A stretch of DNA of 61,122 bases, filler included, from Platydemus manokwari (lineage: Eukaryota), in NCBI GenBank assembly GCA_037951405.1. It is 5 parts of 5 records of this genome, joined end to end, with 100 filler letters (N's around TTAATTAATTAA, not from the genome) between each part and the next. Parts side by side here need not be neighbours in the genome. Positions count along the whole stretch, not along the records: positions 33,746 to 44,468 come from JBBMOY011109886.1; positions 44,569 to 61,122 come from JBBMOY011164768.1; 3 more parts are not named here. The stretch is one strand, 5' to 3'. Positions 40,634 through 52,300 of this stretch are shown one piece after another (positions within the stretch are counted from its first letter, which is position 1; every line of letters begins with the position of its first letter). A model generated the notes under the pieces. The model ran no database searches, had not been told where the DNA came from, and was given only the letters and a program-made list of their open reading frames with translations. Position numbers and translations under genes: made by a program.

Positions 40634-41450
40634 TGTTATTATAATAAACTTATCCATATTATTCTTCATTATTCTATCACCTTGTCAGTATTACATTATC
40701 CGAATTACATGCAACCTAATGACTGATTGAAGTCGGATTATTAGTGGAATCATCACTATTCTGATTATAATCATCATGTGATGCATCCATGGGTAATTCA
40801 CCGAAATTATACTAGCTGAATTATCTCATATAAACAATAACCAAACACTATTTAGCACAGTCTAGTAGGATTCCATCACTTACGTTTTACTTTACGAACT
40901 TTATCGAACTTCAGTGTATAATTTATAGTAGAATTATTGCATGTAGTTGGATACAGCACATGTATGCATTAGTGAGGCCAGCGTCTGCTCGGTAGTAGAA
41001 TTGATTGGGATATTGATCCAAAATTAACTGTTCTTTCATTGATTTTTCTTGGGAGTGAACCAAATATGTATCAGATAATTATAGCTGAGTTAGGATCAAA
41101 TAATTAAGAACCAAATAATAATAAAAATAATTATGTTATTAATGATTAAAAATAATGAGTGTAATAGTATAGTATTTTTTCAAGAAATGATGACATTACA
41201 AAGGATAGCCACTGTCAGCTAGTCAGAGATGGAGCGAAGATGAGTGAAATTGTAGTGAGTTTGAATCCACCAAATCCAGTAAATCGTTAAACAGAGAGTT
41301 CGAGTATTTATTCGTCACTGGTGAGAACCAAAGCGTAGAGCTAGTATTTAAAAATTTTGGGTAATAATAATTTTATAGTAATTATTATAATTAATATCGA
41401 TTATATCAATAATATCACTCAATGATCCCGGTATATCAAAAATTAATTAT
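40634..41450. mobile_element. Candidate LTR-like remnant related to 17881-18718
   Basis: Starts with TGTTAT and shows weak colinear similarity to the 18.3-18.6 kb segment. The right end is not resolved. Confidence 0.25.
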
Positions 41451-41748
41451 TTAATTGCTCAATTAAATATTTTGTTTATATAAAACATCTATCACATTTA
41501 ATAAAAATATAAAAGTTTCCTGTGAAAATATTTTCTCAAGTTGACAAGGAAACTTGTTTGTTTTCTTGATAATATTTCTGTCACGATCAGACACTGTAAA
41601 GAAGCCGACTCAAGAAGTCATTCAAGTTTTGGTTCGGTGTTTATATTATCTGAAATTTTTGGAATTTATCTGATAATTACATAGAATGTGGACTTTGACT
41701 CAAACAACACTTGATTGCTTCGGACATTTCATGTGCTAGTCTCAATTC

Positions 41749-42319
41749 ATGGCTATGTTTTGCTTGATTGTTGTGCTCATGATTTTCTTTGACAAAAGCA
41801 AGTTACTTGAACTGGATAATTGACATGAACTGTGATTAATTATATTAGGATCAGTCTGTGGAATGGATTATTCTGACAAAGAAGGACTTTCCTCATCGCC
41901 ACATCATGAAACAACAGACAGGATTCGATTGCAAGACAAAAAAATAATTTTGGATGACAAGGAGAAAATATTTGAATCCGAACATTACAATGAACCTTCA
42001 TATGTTGCATTTATAACTTTCGTCCCACGGTCAAGTGTGGAGTGCTACTACTACAAAGCTATGAATGATTTCATTGTCGAGTATCAGGTTTGTTGGATAA
42101 ATGAATTTAGTGTGTTAAAGATCATAAAATTTGCTATTAATACCCTTCTATTGTTAATAATATTATTAATATAATTATATATAAATTTTCATTGTCGATC
42201 TTTATATAAAATTTTGAACAGGTATTACGAGGAGGTAGGCGAGACATCGGAATATTTATAAGTGACCCATTCGAAAACATTGTTTTTCAATCTCCACCAC
42301 ATGAAAGAAACTATTTCAG
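41749..42319 (+). CDS. p24/TMED (emp24/gp25L) GOLD-domain protein, 5' exons only: 41749-41797, 41849-42087, 42222-42319
   Basis: Signal peptide MAMFCLIVVLMIFFDKRSVCG, then FITFVPRSSVECYYYK...VEYQ|VLRGGRRDIGIFISDP, matching the GOLD pattern ECFY...EYQVxxGGxxDI. Downstream exons were not securely identified. Confidence 0.75.
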
Positions 42320-43118
42320 GTGACATAATTCTATTCCATTTATGAGCTTTATCTTGTGATATTAAAACATCATTTAGTGAGATTTATGGTATCAATGTTT
42401 CGGCTAATATCCACTTCGGATACACATCTCCACTAGGGTTTTATTTACGATTTATAAAATATGTAAAATTATTATTTTATCACAACGATTATAAAATTTT
42501 ATTTGGATTGAAATCGAAATTAAATTTTCAGAATTTTCGTTCTATTTTAATTGTAAGTCGACTTATCAAATTCTTGGACTTTTGAATAAAATTTTTGGAT
42601 CATTTCTTCACTTTATTCCCGAGATAAAATAAGGAATCACTGGTAATTTACGGAGCTAATTCTTTTCGGATACTTGAACGGGAAAATCAAAATGTTATTA
42701 ATGAAGATAACTAATGGAACTGAGTAGATTTTTGACAAACAGTCGAGAATTTAAGAACAGATTTTCTTAAATTTAGCCTGTGCAAACATTTCTGGTTAAG
42801 GATATTATCTGTTGTAATTGTTACAATCGGATACCGTGTGAGCCCCGTGGACACTATTGTGGTTTAATTCATCTAAAATAAGTCTATTAGTGGGTGACTT
42901 GGTATCTAATATATAATGACAATAGATAATATCCTTAACCAATTTAAGAAAAGCTGCCGTAAAATAAAATTTTAAAATTCTTTTCACAACCATATATAAT
43001 ACGATTAATTATCTTCGTCAGAACATTTCGAATTCTCTTTTTAAGTATTTCAAAATAGATAGCTAAATAAATTGGAGAGGACAAGTCCTTTATAATAAAG
43101 TGAAGTGATATTCAAAAG

Positions 43119-43702
43119 GGCTAAAGTTAAAAAAGGGTCCTAAAATGAAATTTTAAATTTGTTGAGTGTATTGCAAAGTTCTATATAGTTTATTTAATTA
43201 TATTCTTTAAAAACATTTTCAATTTTTTATTTGAGTACTTAAGAATATTTTTAGTTGTTTGATATCAAATATTAAATGGATTAGAGCTTGAAAATCTCTT
43301 AAAATTTGATTATTTGAAAAAATGAAAAAAGTAGGTCGAATTCCAATTCATTAAAAATTAACGAGGACCCCTTTTTCAGCATATGAAGCAAATTGATAGA
43401 TATTCTCAATTTTTACAATTATTTTATAAAAATAACCAATGATATTATTAAACATGTCTGTAATTAACTAACTCGATTTATAATTATAAAAAAATATAAA
43501 TTTAAAAATTCAAATAATCATATAGAAGTGTTTTGATTAGAATAGGAACTTGGTTTTGAAAACAATGTTTTGTCACTATTAGACATCTTAAAAATGGGAT
43601 ATTAACTGAATTGTACGAATAAATCAAACATCGCAATTATATATAAAATTAAGTTATGAAATTAATATACGCGTGAAAATTCATCATTACCAAAGTAGGT
43701 CA
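43119..43702 (-). mobile_element. MITE family A, near-complete copy
   Basis: Begins ggctaaagttaaaaaagggtcctaaaatg and is a colinear reverse complement of 12391-12956. The other TIR is missing. Confidence 0.85.
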
Positions 43703-44248
43703 CAATATTCTACTAATATTTAAAGCTGTGATACTGTTTTCTTATTGATGTTGCTATTAACATCGACACCAATTTTTAGCCAATCAAATTATTTTCCACT
43801 GATTAATTTAACGAAAGATGTTGTGATTCGATTAATGATCTTGACAGCTCATATGAATAAAATATCGCAAAAAAATAAAGTTAGAATTTCAATGGTAAAT
43901 CCAGTGATGTGTTTCAAAATATTTTCCGTTATATAAATTGATCTATAAATGCACACTTGCCTATTTTATATAAAATGGATATTTAAAAAGCTTTGGGAAA
44001 ATTTCTAACATTATATATCTATTGTTCTGAATCATCAATAGCGATTCATGAAATATCATCAGATTTTTATCACTTTAGTTCTAAAATTTATCAAAAATAT
44101 ATTATCCGAATGATCTCCAACACCTCTGTACATCAGACACTTAACTTATGAATTAAATTCCACAAAAATCCATCTCATTCCGAATACATACAATCCGAAT
44201 TTTAAACAATTTCTCTATTTAAAATAAATCATAGACATTAAGTATTAT

Positions 44249-44468
44249 GGTTTAATTTAAGAAAACGGGTCCTTTGATCTACTTTCGTAATAATTAATTT
44301 TCGCGCACTAGATAATTTTATAGCTTAATTTTATATATAATTGCGATGTTTGATTTATTCGTATAATTCAGTTAATATCTCATTTTTAAGATGTCTAATA
44401 GTGACAAAACATTGTTTTGAAATCAACTTACCATTCTAATCGCACCACTTCTATATGATTTATATAAT
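44249..44468 (+). mobile_element. MITE family A, left part truncated by a gap
   Basis: ggtttaatttaagaaaacgggtcctttgatctactttc matches the left TIR of 12391. Confidence 0.8.
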
Positions 44469-44568
44469 NNNNNNNNNNNNNNNNNNNNNNNNNNNNNNNN
44501 NNNNNNNNNNNNTTAATTAATTAANNNNNNNNNNNNNNNNNNNNNNNNNNNNNNNNNNNNNNNNNNNN

Positions 44569-44607
<39 letters not shown>

Positions 44608-44723
44608 TAATAATAATAATAATAATAATAATAATAGTAATAATATGGAATAATCCAATGCAAATGAATTGTTAAATTTAACGTTGGAGAGAAAATTAAA
44701 TGAAAATCTAATTTATATTCGTA

Positions 44724-45169
44724 ATGCTCAAGAACAATACAAGAAAACGCATTGACAAAGCATCATTTATATCAAATATTTGTTCTCACCAAACAATAAA
44801 AGGTATTTCTGGTGTTTGATATTAATTCCGTGATATAAATCCATTAGTAAAACAATGATTTTTTAGGCAAAGATTTATGTTTGAAAGGTTATTGTTTATC
44901 GTGTTATTATTGTTATCTTATAAAAGCTGAAACGGATTTTACAAAACGACAATCTTTTTGTTATGACATTCATACAATTGAGAAGTATATAAATCGCTTT
45001 CAAGTACCTGATAATGAACAGTATATTGATGTTTCTCATTATATTATTATTATCATTATTATTATTTCTTTCTGACGAGATCAAATCTAATTCTCCGCAT
45101 TCAAGTCATAAAACAACTGTAGTGGAGAATGTCAGTGCATTAGATGACTTGTTTGTTTCGAAGAATTAA
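44724..45169 (+). CDS. Putative small Cys-rich protein (~101 aa). Exons 44724-44802, 44867-45003, 45080-45169
   Basis: A GT-AG intron at 44803-44866 joins MLKNN...ICSHQTIK to GKDLCLKGYCLSCYYCYL in frame. The third exon relies on a weaker GAG acceptor. Confidence 0.4.
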
Positions 45170-47510
45170 TATCTTCATAATTGACAATGTATTTTGATAC
45201 AGCAGTTGATCTTTCCTTTCAGTTATATCCAGTGATTAGGAATTCTATTAACATAATATTCATAGATTTTTATGATTATTATCTGAGGTCCTGCTAATGG
45301 GGATGTACAGAATTACATTCTCCAGGAAGATTATCCAGTACGGAGTAATCTCAAATATAATAACCAGTAAATTCTATTTCCCCTTTAATCTGGAAGTGTC
45401 CTTGACACGAAAACAAAACATAATAAATACAAATAACCTTTGATGAGAGATACAAAACAATATCAGAATTTATCAACTCCAACCGCAGCCGCTGTGTGAA
45501 CTCGAATTTCAAATAGGATTTTTTTTCACCACGATAAATTAAATTTCTCGCCTTGATGTCTCAAAAATTGATTACATCTTTCTTCAATTATATATGGCCG
45601 ACAGAATGTCTGTCAACAGGCGGGATAACAATTTCCAATTACGTTGACTAATTTTAATATACTGATAAATGAATTAATTAATTTCTCGACGTTTTCCTCA
45701 TGATAAACTTCGTATCAGGCAAAAAAACAAGAAAATCCACACAAAAAGAAACAACAGACCTTATCCGTTTGGTTTTTGGTCTATTCGAATGGTGAATTGT
45801 TCATGAAATTACGCGATCATAAAAGTATTTATTAACATAATAATTTATCATTAATTCTTGAAGAATACTTTGTTTTCAATATTGTTTCTGTTTCTCTGTA
45901 GATATTATTATTATTATTTGATTCATTTGTGATGAAGGCATACACAAGCTTTGTTTGCAATGGGAAATATTGATTGGGAAGAAATGTTCTCATCAAAAAC
46001 TATTTGATGGTGGTGTTGAAAACGATTGCAAATATTTGATTTTGTTTCTTTTCTATTTTGTGAAAACATATTTTTATTTTGTTTTTCAAATTTAGATTTT
46101 GGTTTAATTTTAAATATTTTAAATTTCATTTTATTTATTATTATTTTTTTAAATTTTTTCTTTTTTATTTTTACTCTGTACATTGTTTATTGTCTTTAAT
46201 TTGACTTTATAGTAATTTTTCTTACCACATTTTACTTTAATTATTTGTGTTTTGAGAATTTGTCTCATATATTTTATTTATAGTATTTGTTTTTTAAGTT
46301 TTTTTAATTTTTTTTAATTTTTTTTAATTTTTTTAAATTTATTCCTCTATTATTCTTTTATAATTATTCTATTATTATTAAATTATAATATTCATATTCA
46401 TAATTTATTATTTTATATTTATTATTAACGCTATTTTTTACAAATTTTAATTAATTTTCATAATTTTTTATCAATAATATTAATATTTTAATCAATGTAA
46501 ATCGATAATAATTTAAATAATTAAATCAATAAATCCCCAGCAAAATCCACACCCACATCAAATCATTTTTCATACAACAAACAAAATATCATTAAATATT
46601 TACAGAATAAATTAAAATGATATCTCGAGGGTAAACAAATCGAATTATTTTTATATGCTTCCATTGATGTTTTTTTTCTGTGTTTTCAATACTAGTGAAA
46701 CAACTGATTTTCACAGTGCTACATACATATACATATATATTCATTTTCATTTTGAAAAAACACATTCAATATATTTATAATTTCTGTTTGGAATTTTTAT
46801 CGCCATGTCAAAACTGTCTATTTATTTATTCTCTATCGATTTCATTCGATAGATAAATGTATAATCGATAATGAATAAAATAGAAACTTTTTTCGGTCAC
46901 AATAAATGTATTCATTTAAACAATTATCTTATCGCACTGGAAACACTCTTTGTGAATTGAAAATCGCAATTAAATACGAGAAAACGATTGAGAATTGATA
47001 ACAGAATCGCTTAAAAATGGTCAATCGATTACAACCCAGTGTAGTTTAGAGGAGTTTCCTGTCAGCTCATCTATAATTAAGAATTATTTTAAAATATTTG
47101 ATATTAATAACGTGATACTGATTTATTTATATCAGTAGTTTTCAACCAGGATTCCCCGGAGCCTTCAAATTCCTATCCTGAGGAGTTGGTTAAATGTTTG
47201 TTGTATAGCATTTTATCACAAAACATTACCAAAGAAAAGCCCATAAAATCCAATCCTAATGTGACTAATATGAAAACCAATTTCAGCTTAATATTATTAT
47301 AAAATCGCCTTTGTCTATTGTAAGGTGCTAATTTCTCCTTAATCTTTATTAATTATGGGAGAAATTATTCGTTACGCGGATTATCTCTGGCATTTCATAA
47401 TTCGGCTTATAAGCAATAGATTTATTCGAAAAACATATTAATGAAACAAAAACAAATCGATATTTTTTAATTTGATAATCGTGCTTGAAATAACCCTAAA
47501 ATGGTGATAT

Positions 47511-50027
47511 CTATTTCGAACAGTATTTCTGTTCTATTGCCTTTTCCATTTTTAGTATAGAATTTTTCATTGATTTCAGTTCGATTTTTCTCTCATAATC
47601 CTCATCTTCTTTGGTCGAAACCAGTTTATGCCGACGATCTTTCAAAGCCAAAGCCTGCAAAACTATGAATGACGTTGATGGGCCGATTTTGGTTTTATTT
47701 TTATCGTTGTCCGTTTGATCATCGTTTTCTTCATCGATTTCCACTGTGATTTGTTTCTTCCGAAGACGAATAATCAATTCAGCAATGATTTCGAAAATAT
47801 TCAAAGGTGGAGGAAGCATTGATCGATCGTAATATTCTTTGATGTCTTTATATCGATTTAATTTCCAGGATTCAGAGGATTTTTGAATGATGGCCGTAAC
47901 TGTATAACTAAATAAAGCAATCAACAAATTCAGGAGCATTATGTTGACAACGATCATAAAAATGATTAACAAAAAAAAAGTTGCTATATTGCCTTGACTG
48001 TTGACGAAATACGGTGTTTCTTGGTGTTCCATTTCTTCCAGAGCGTAATGAGTATGGAAAATCGTGTATGTGGTTCTTTTGAAAATATGACCAATGATCG
48101 ATGGGACGGGGATTCTTTCAAAGCTTTGACTGTAATTCAGACCGTAGAAACTATTGGGATAAAGTAAAGCTTGAAAAGTTATTCCAAACGATATAATGAA
48201 AACGACAAAGATAAATATCAATGGCATCAAATTTCTACCGATCATTATACTGATCATTTTCAATTTTGGTCCCAACTGTTCGAAAATCGATCCAAAATAG
48301 ATAATTCTCATATAGAATAAGATCAAAGACAAACACAAGATCAATCTTATAACAAATAAATAAATACTCTGACTTTCCTTATACAGTCCTTGATCACCTT
48401 CTTGAGAATAGTCCGGCGAGCTTAGGCTCATTCTTAAAATAAATCCAATCAACATAAACCCCAAAGAACCGATATCAACGTAATTTGTGGCATCTTTGAG
48501 ATAGGATTTGAGAAAATCTGTCTCTTGATAAACGTAAATTTGACGAGATTCTTCCAGAAAATATCCCAATCCATAAATATAGCAAAGAATTTCCATTGAG
48601 GATATTTTGGAATAAAAATTATTCACTAAGAAGTAAGAAAACAATAAGAGAAAAATACAATGTACAAACGAATGAAGATAGAATTTAATTGCTGGACATT
48701 TCCTAGTCTTTTTGTACCAAAGTCTAGTTAAAGCCGCTTGACAAGATGGTAAGCTGAGAAATTTCGAACATTTTCCCAAATATGCGATATCGAGAATCCG
48801 TTGTCCGGCTAAAATGTTAGGCTTATTTAAAAAGTTCGAAACGAGCCTCTTCGTTGGTGTAAAATCCCGATAGACTGCCCGACTCATCACTGCCATGGAA
48901 TACGTCTCACAAAATGTTTTCAACTTCTTAATACTTTCTAACACCTGATCAGGAAATTCCGGCACCATCAACAAATTTTGACAAATCAGACATACCAATA
49001 GCCCGTACGAAATGATGTCGAACTGGCAGCAGGCTAACAGTGTCGAGGCCAATTCAAATCGGCCGGTAATTAAAGCCAGGAACAATGATGACCTATAAAA
49101 TTGTACATCATTTTCGTCTTCATAAATTTCGTTATCTTTTATTTTCAAACCTGTCAATTCCGTGAATAGTTTCTCTTGGGCCATGATGGGATATTTTTTG
49201 CAATATTTATTTTTAATATAAGTCAGAATTCCTTGACCGTTCTCATGACAGTTGGAAATGATGTAAGTGAAATCGGCTTGGTTGATGTAGTATTTTTCAC
49301 TAAATTTCGGATCCTTTTTGATATAATTTATGAGTCTGTATTTATTATTCTTCTGTAGCAAACTCAACCAAACTCTTCCGGTGGTAAGTTTATTATTGAA
49401 ACTGAAATCCTCCGTAGCCAACAATCCACGGGATATCTTATCAACATGGATAAGCAATTCATACAAGTTGACTGATTTGTGTCGTTTTATGTCTTTCAGT
49501 TTCATTTTGTTGGTACATGCCAGTTCCAAAGGCGTAACTTCATCATATGATAGGTCAAGGAGTTGATGAGATTCCTTTATTAGGACTTCTAATTCTCCTT
49601 CAACATAAGTTTCTTTCTGACATGCAAGATGTAAAGCCGTATGTTTATTGATATCAGTTGTACCCACATCGATTTCCAATTCGTTCAGCAAAAATTCCAA
49701 GATATCTTTACTTCTGTTGTTCTCAACAGCAACATGGAGCCATGTCTTCTCTTCAGAATCTTTTAAATAATTTTGAACATAAAATTCTAAATTTTTCTTT
49801 ATAAACGTAATCGAATCGATCTTGGTGACTTTGGTGAATATTCTATGCAATAAATAAACATTCTCATCATGACACCATCGCACAGCATTTTCCTTTTCTT
49901 TCTCATTTAATAAGTCCGTGAAAGCAGTGATGTTTAAAGGTAGAAGACCGATGTTTGATTTGAAATTCTCAGAATCGTTAGATTCCACATATTTCTTTAG
50001 TTGCAGTATTGCAAGAATTTCTGCCAT
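47511..50027 (-). CDS. Single-exon TRPM-like cation channel with N-terminal ankyrin repeats (838 aa)
   Basis: Ankyrin motifs TWLHVAVEN, TALHLAC and TPLELAC. MHR4-like LFLALITGRFELA and ILDIAY..FLSLPSCQAALTRLW, then PAIKFY, six hydrophobic segments, QLGPKLKMI and NIMLLNLLIALFSYT. TRP box WKLNRY..IKEY..RSMLPPPL, followed by a C-terminal coiled-coil-like tail. Confidence 0.9.
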   Translation of the reverse strand: MAEILAILQLKKYVESNDSENFKSNIGLLPLNITAFTDLLNEKEKENAVRWCHDENVYLLHRIFTKVTKIDSITFIKKNLEFYVQNYLKDSEEKTWLHVAVENNRSKDILEFLLNELEIDVGTTDINKHTALHLACQKETYVEGELEVLIKESHQLLDLSYDEVTPLELACTNKMKLKDIKRHKSVNLYELLIHVDKISRGLLATEDFSFNNKLTTGRVWLSLLQKNNKYRLINYIKKDPKFSEKYYINQADFTYIISNCHENGQGILTYIKNKYCKKYPIMAQEKLFTELTGLKIKDNEIYEDENDVQFYRSSLFLALITGRFELASTLLACCQFDIISYGLLVCLICQNLLMVPEFPDQVLESIKKLKTFCETYSMAVMSRAVYRDFTPTKRLVSNFLNKPNILAGQRILDIAYLGKCSKFLSLPSCQAALTRLWYKKTRKCPAIKFYLHSFVHCIFLLLFSYFLVNNFYSKISSMEILCYIYGLGYFLEESRQIYVYQETDFLKSYLKDATNYVDIGSLGFMLIGFILRMSLSSPDYSQEGDQGLYKESQSIYLFVIRLILCLSLILFYMRIIYFGSIFEQLGPKLKMISIMIGRNLMPLIFIFVVFIISFGITFQALLYPNSFYGLNYSQSFERIPVPSIIGHIFKRTTYTIFHTHYALEEMEHQETPYFVNSQGNIATFFLLIIFMIVVNIMLLNLLIALFSYTVTAIIQKSSESWKLNRYKDIKEYYDRSMLPPPLNIFEIIAELIIRLRKKQITVEIDEENDDQTDNDKNKTKIGPSTSFIVLQALALKDRRHKLVSTKEDEDYERKIELKSMKNSILKMEKAIEQKYCSK

Positions 50028-52119
50028 ATTAGAAGTGAATCATCTCATTTAAAATTTTTCAAATATATATTTATATACATAATTGATATCTAACACCAAA
50101 ATTTCACACACTACTACAATAACACACAATCTTAATGCCAATCAATACGTTTTTTATCACTGCATCCATAATATGAATCTTTGAGAATGATTTCATCAAT
50201 CACCAGCTAACTAAATGTCCATTTATTAAATTCAGTGATTTTATTCGTTACCGATAATGGTGTTCTTTGAATGCAACGCGATATGAGAAACCTATTTATT
50301 TAAACAACTCATTGTATAATTCTCGAAGATATTATCTAAATTAATACCAAACTAGTAGATAAAATATGATATTGATTTGAGTATAAGAATTTTATATCCC
50401 AGAAGTATCATTAGAAAGAGTTAGACTTTGAAATCGTGCAATTCTATGGTGAGGAATTTTACTTCATGAAGCATAGAATAATGATGAATATTAAACTTTT
50501 TCGTTAGAAAATGAGACCTGGATTATAGTTAGGCCAAAATGAAAATGTTTCTTCAACAACAAGAATAAAATAATTAAATTTCCTTGGTATTCCACATATA
50601 TACGGAAAACAAGTCTATAAGTTGTTAAGATTGTTGTCAGCATTTTTTATAGAAGAACACTAGTAGTATTATGCTGAATTATCGTCGTGATCTTGAACTG
50701 AAATTTAATGATAGGAGATATTTCCACATATATTTTATAATTACCGTATTATATTTATGAAATCAGTATCGATAAAATCTCGAGACCATATTACCTCGAA
50801 TATTATAAATTACTCCAATGCACCGGCTTCAATAACTGTGGTCTCCATGATCTTACTCTTTTGTGCGCACTATTATTGAATGAATGAAGCTTTCACATAA
50901 CAATAATAATAACTGAGAAGATTGGAGAAAGTTTTGTCTAAAATCAATAACTCTTATCATACAGCAATGTATTAGATCAGAAAATAAAGTGATGAACATG
51001 GAAGATGTGTTATTGATTGCCTTTATAACTCAATTTAAGTTCTCTGTCAAATACCAATTGTCATTTCCAACAGAAACTTTTGTCGCACGAGAAATCTGAC
51101 GAAACGAAATCCAAAATTGTGTTTGATTCTTTTCATTTGAACTTTGTATAAGTTTTTATAAAGATCAAATTTGATTGAAAAATCAAGGCAATTTAATACT
51201 TCATGAGTATCAAGCAGTTCTACTGTGGTTTGTGTTTTATTTCAGTTTTCATTCAACATTGAATGGTCTTGTCAATTCAGTCATCGCATCACCTCCATTA
51301 TCTAGAATGAAGATGTCATTTGTATAGAAAAACATTGACAATTAAAACAAATAAATAGTATTGATTGAATGAATCAATTATTTATGAGTTAAAAATAGAA
51401 CAAATCAATAAGTTCATTAAAATTTATTAATAGTTGGAGATTAATATTATTTGATAAATAAATAAATCTTATATTAATAAAAAAATAATCTGATCAACAA
51501 TTTTGTGCCTTTTTGAACTCTAGCTGGTTTGTATTATGAGCTATAATTTACATATAATATGGGTTCTTTGTTGTAGAAGACCAAGCATGAAAAGGAATAA
51601 AAAATGTACAATTTCAGTGGCAAAACTAAGGATGAGTTTCAAAACTAGTACAAAATACCATAAAGTTTGAAAGTCTTGACGATACAATAGAAGAGATCAA
51701 AATAAATGTTGTCATGGTTGATAGGCAAGTATAAAAAATAAGTTCTTATAACGCAACATCGCTAAATAATATAATAGCGTTTAAAATTTTTCAGTTGGAT
51801 AAAGTTAAGAAAATACGAATCTGTACAATTCCTCAAAAAGTCACTGAACTTGTTCAATATATAATAATATATCAATGATACAATAGCAAGTGTGGCGATA
51901 GGAAAACATCAAGGTTGGGACTAGATGTACAGAATCTAGTCCAGAAAGAAGAAGCAGATAGGTGAATTATTTCCTGAAAGATGTGGATAATTATCCAGTG
52001 ATGGTTTCTAACATACATTTAAAGTAAACATCATTATTATCGTCCAAATCATTTTTATCATTATCAAGCTGGAAGAACTTTGATTGGGAAAGAATAATAA
52101 AACAAATAAAAAAAACAAT

Positions 52120-52300
52120 CATAACCATGGAAAGCTATAAGGTGGACCGCATAAGCTCTTTCGTAAAGAGAGATCCAGAAGATCCTGATAACTTAGTGTA
52201 TACGCCAGAATTCTTGGAAGAGTGGGCCAAGTAACTGGACTATTCGTCCGAAAAAAATAAATAAAAGTATTTGTACAAAAGTTTAATTGGTGGTATGTGT
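52120..52300 (+). mobile_element. Possible retrotransposon gag remnant
   Basis: Disrupted frame MESYKVDRISSFVKRDPEDPDNLVYTPEFLEEWAK*LDY...KYLYKSLIGG loosely resembles Gypsy gag N-termini. Confidence 0.25.

Noticed and set aside
45923-46500. 86-aa Lys/Ile-rich ORF and T-rich tandem 10-mers
   Set aside because: Low-complexity AT sequence.
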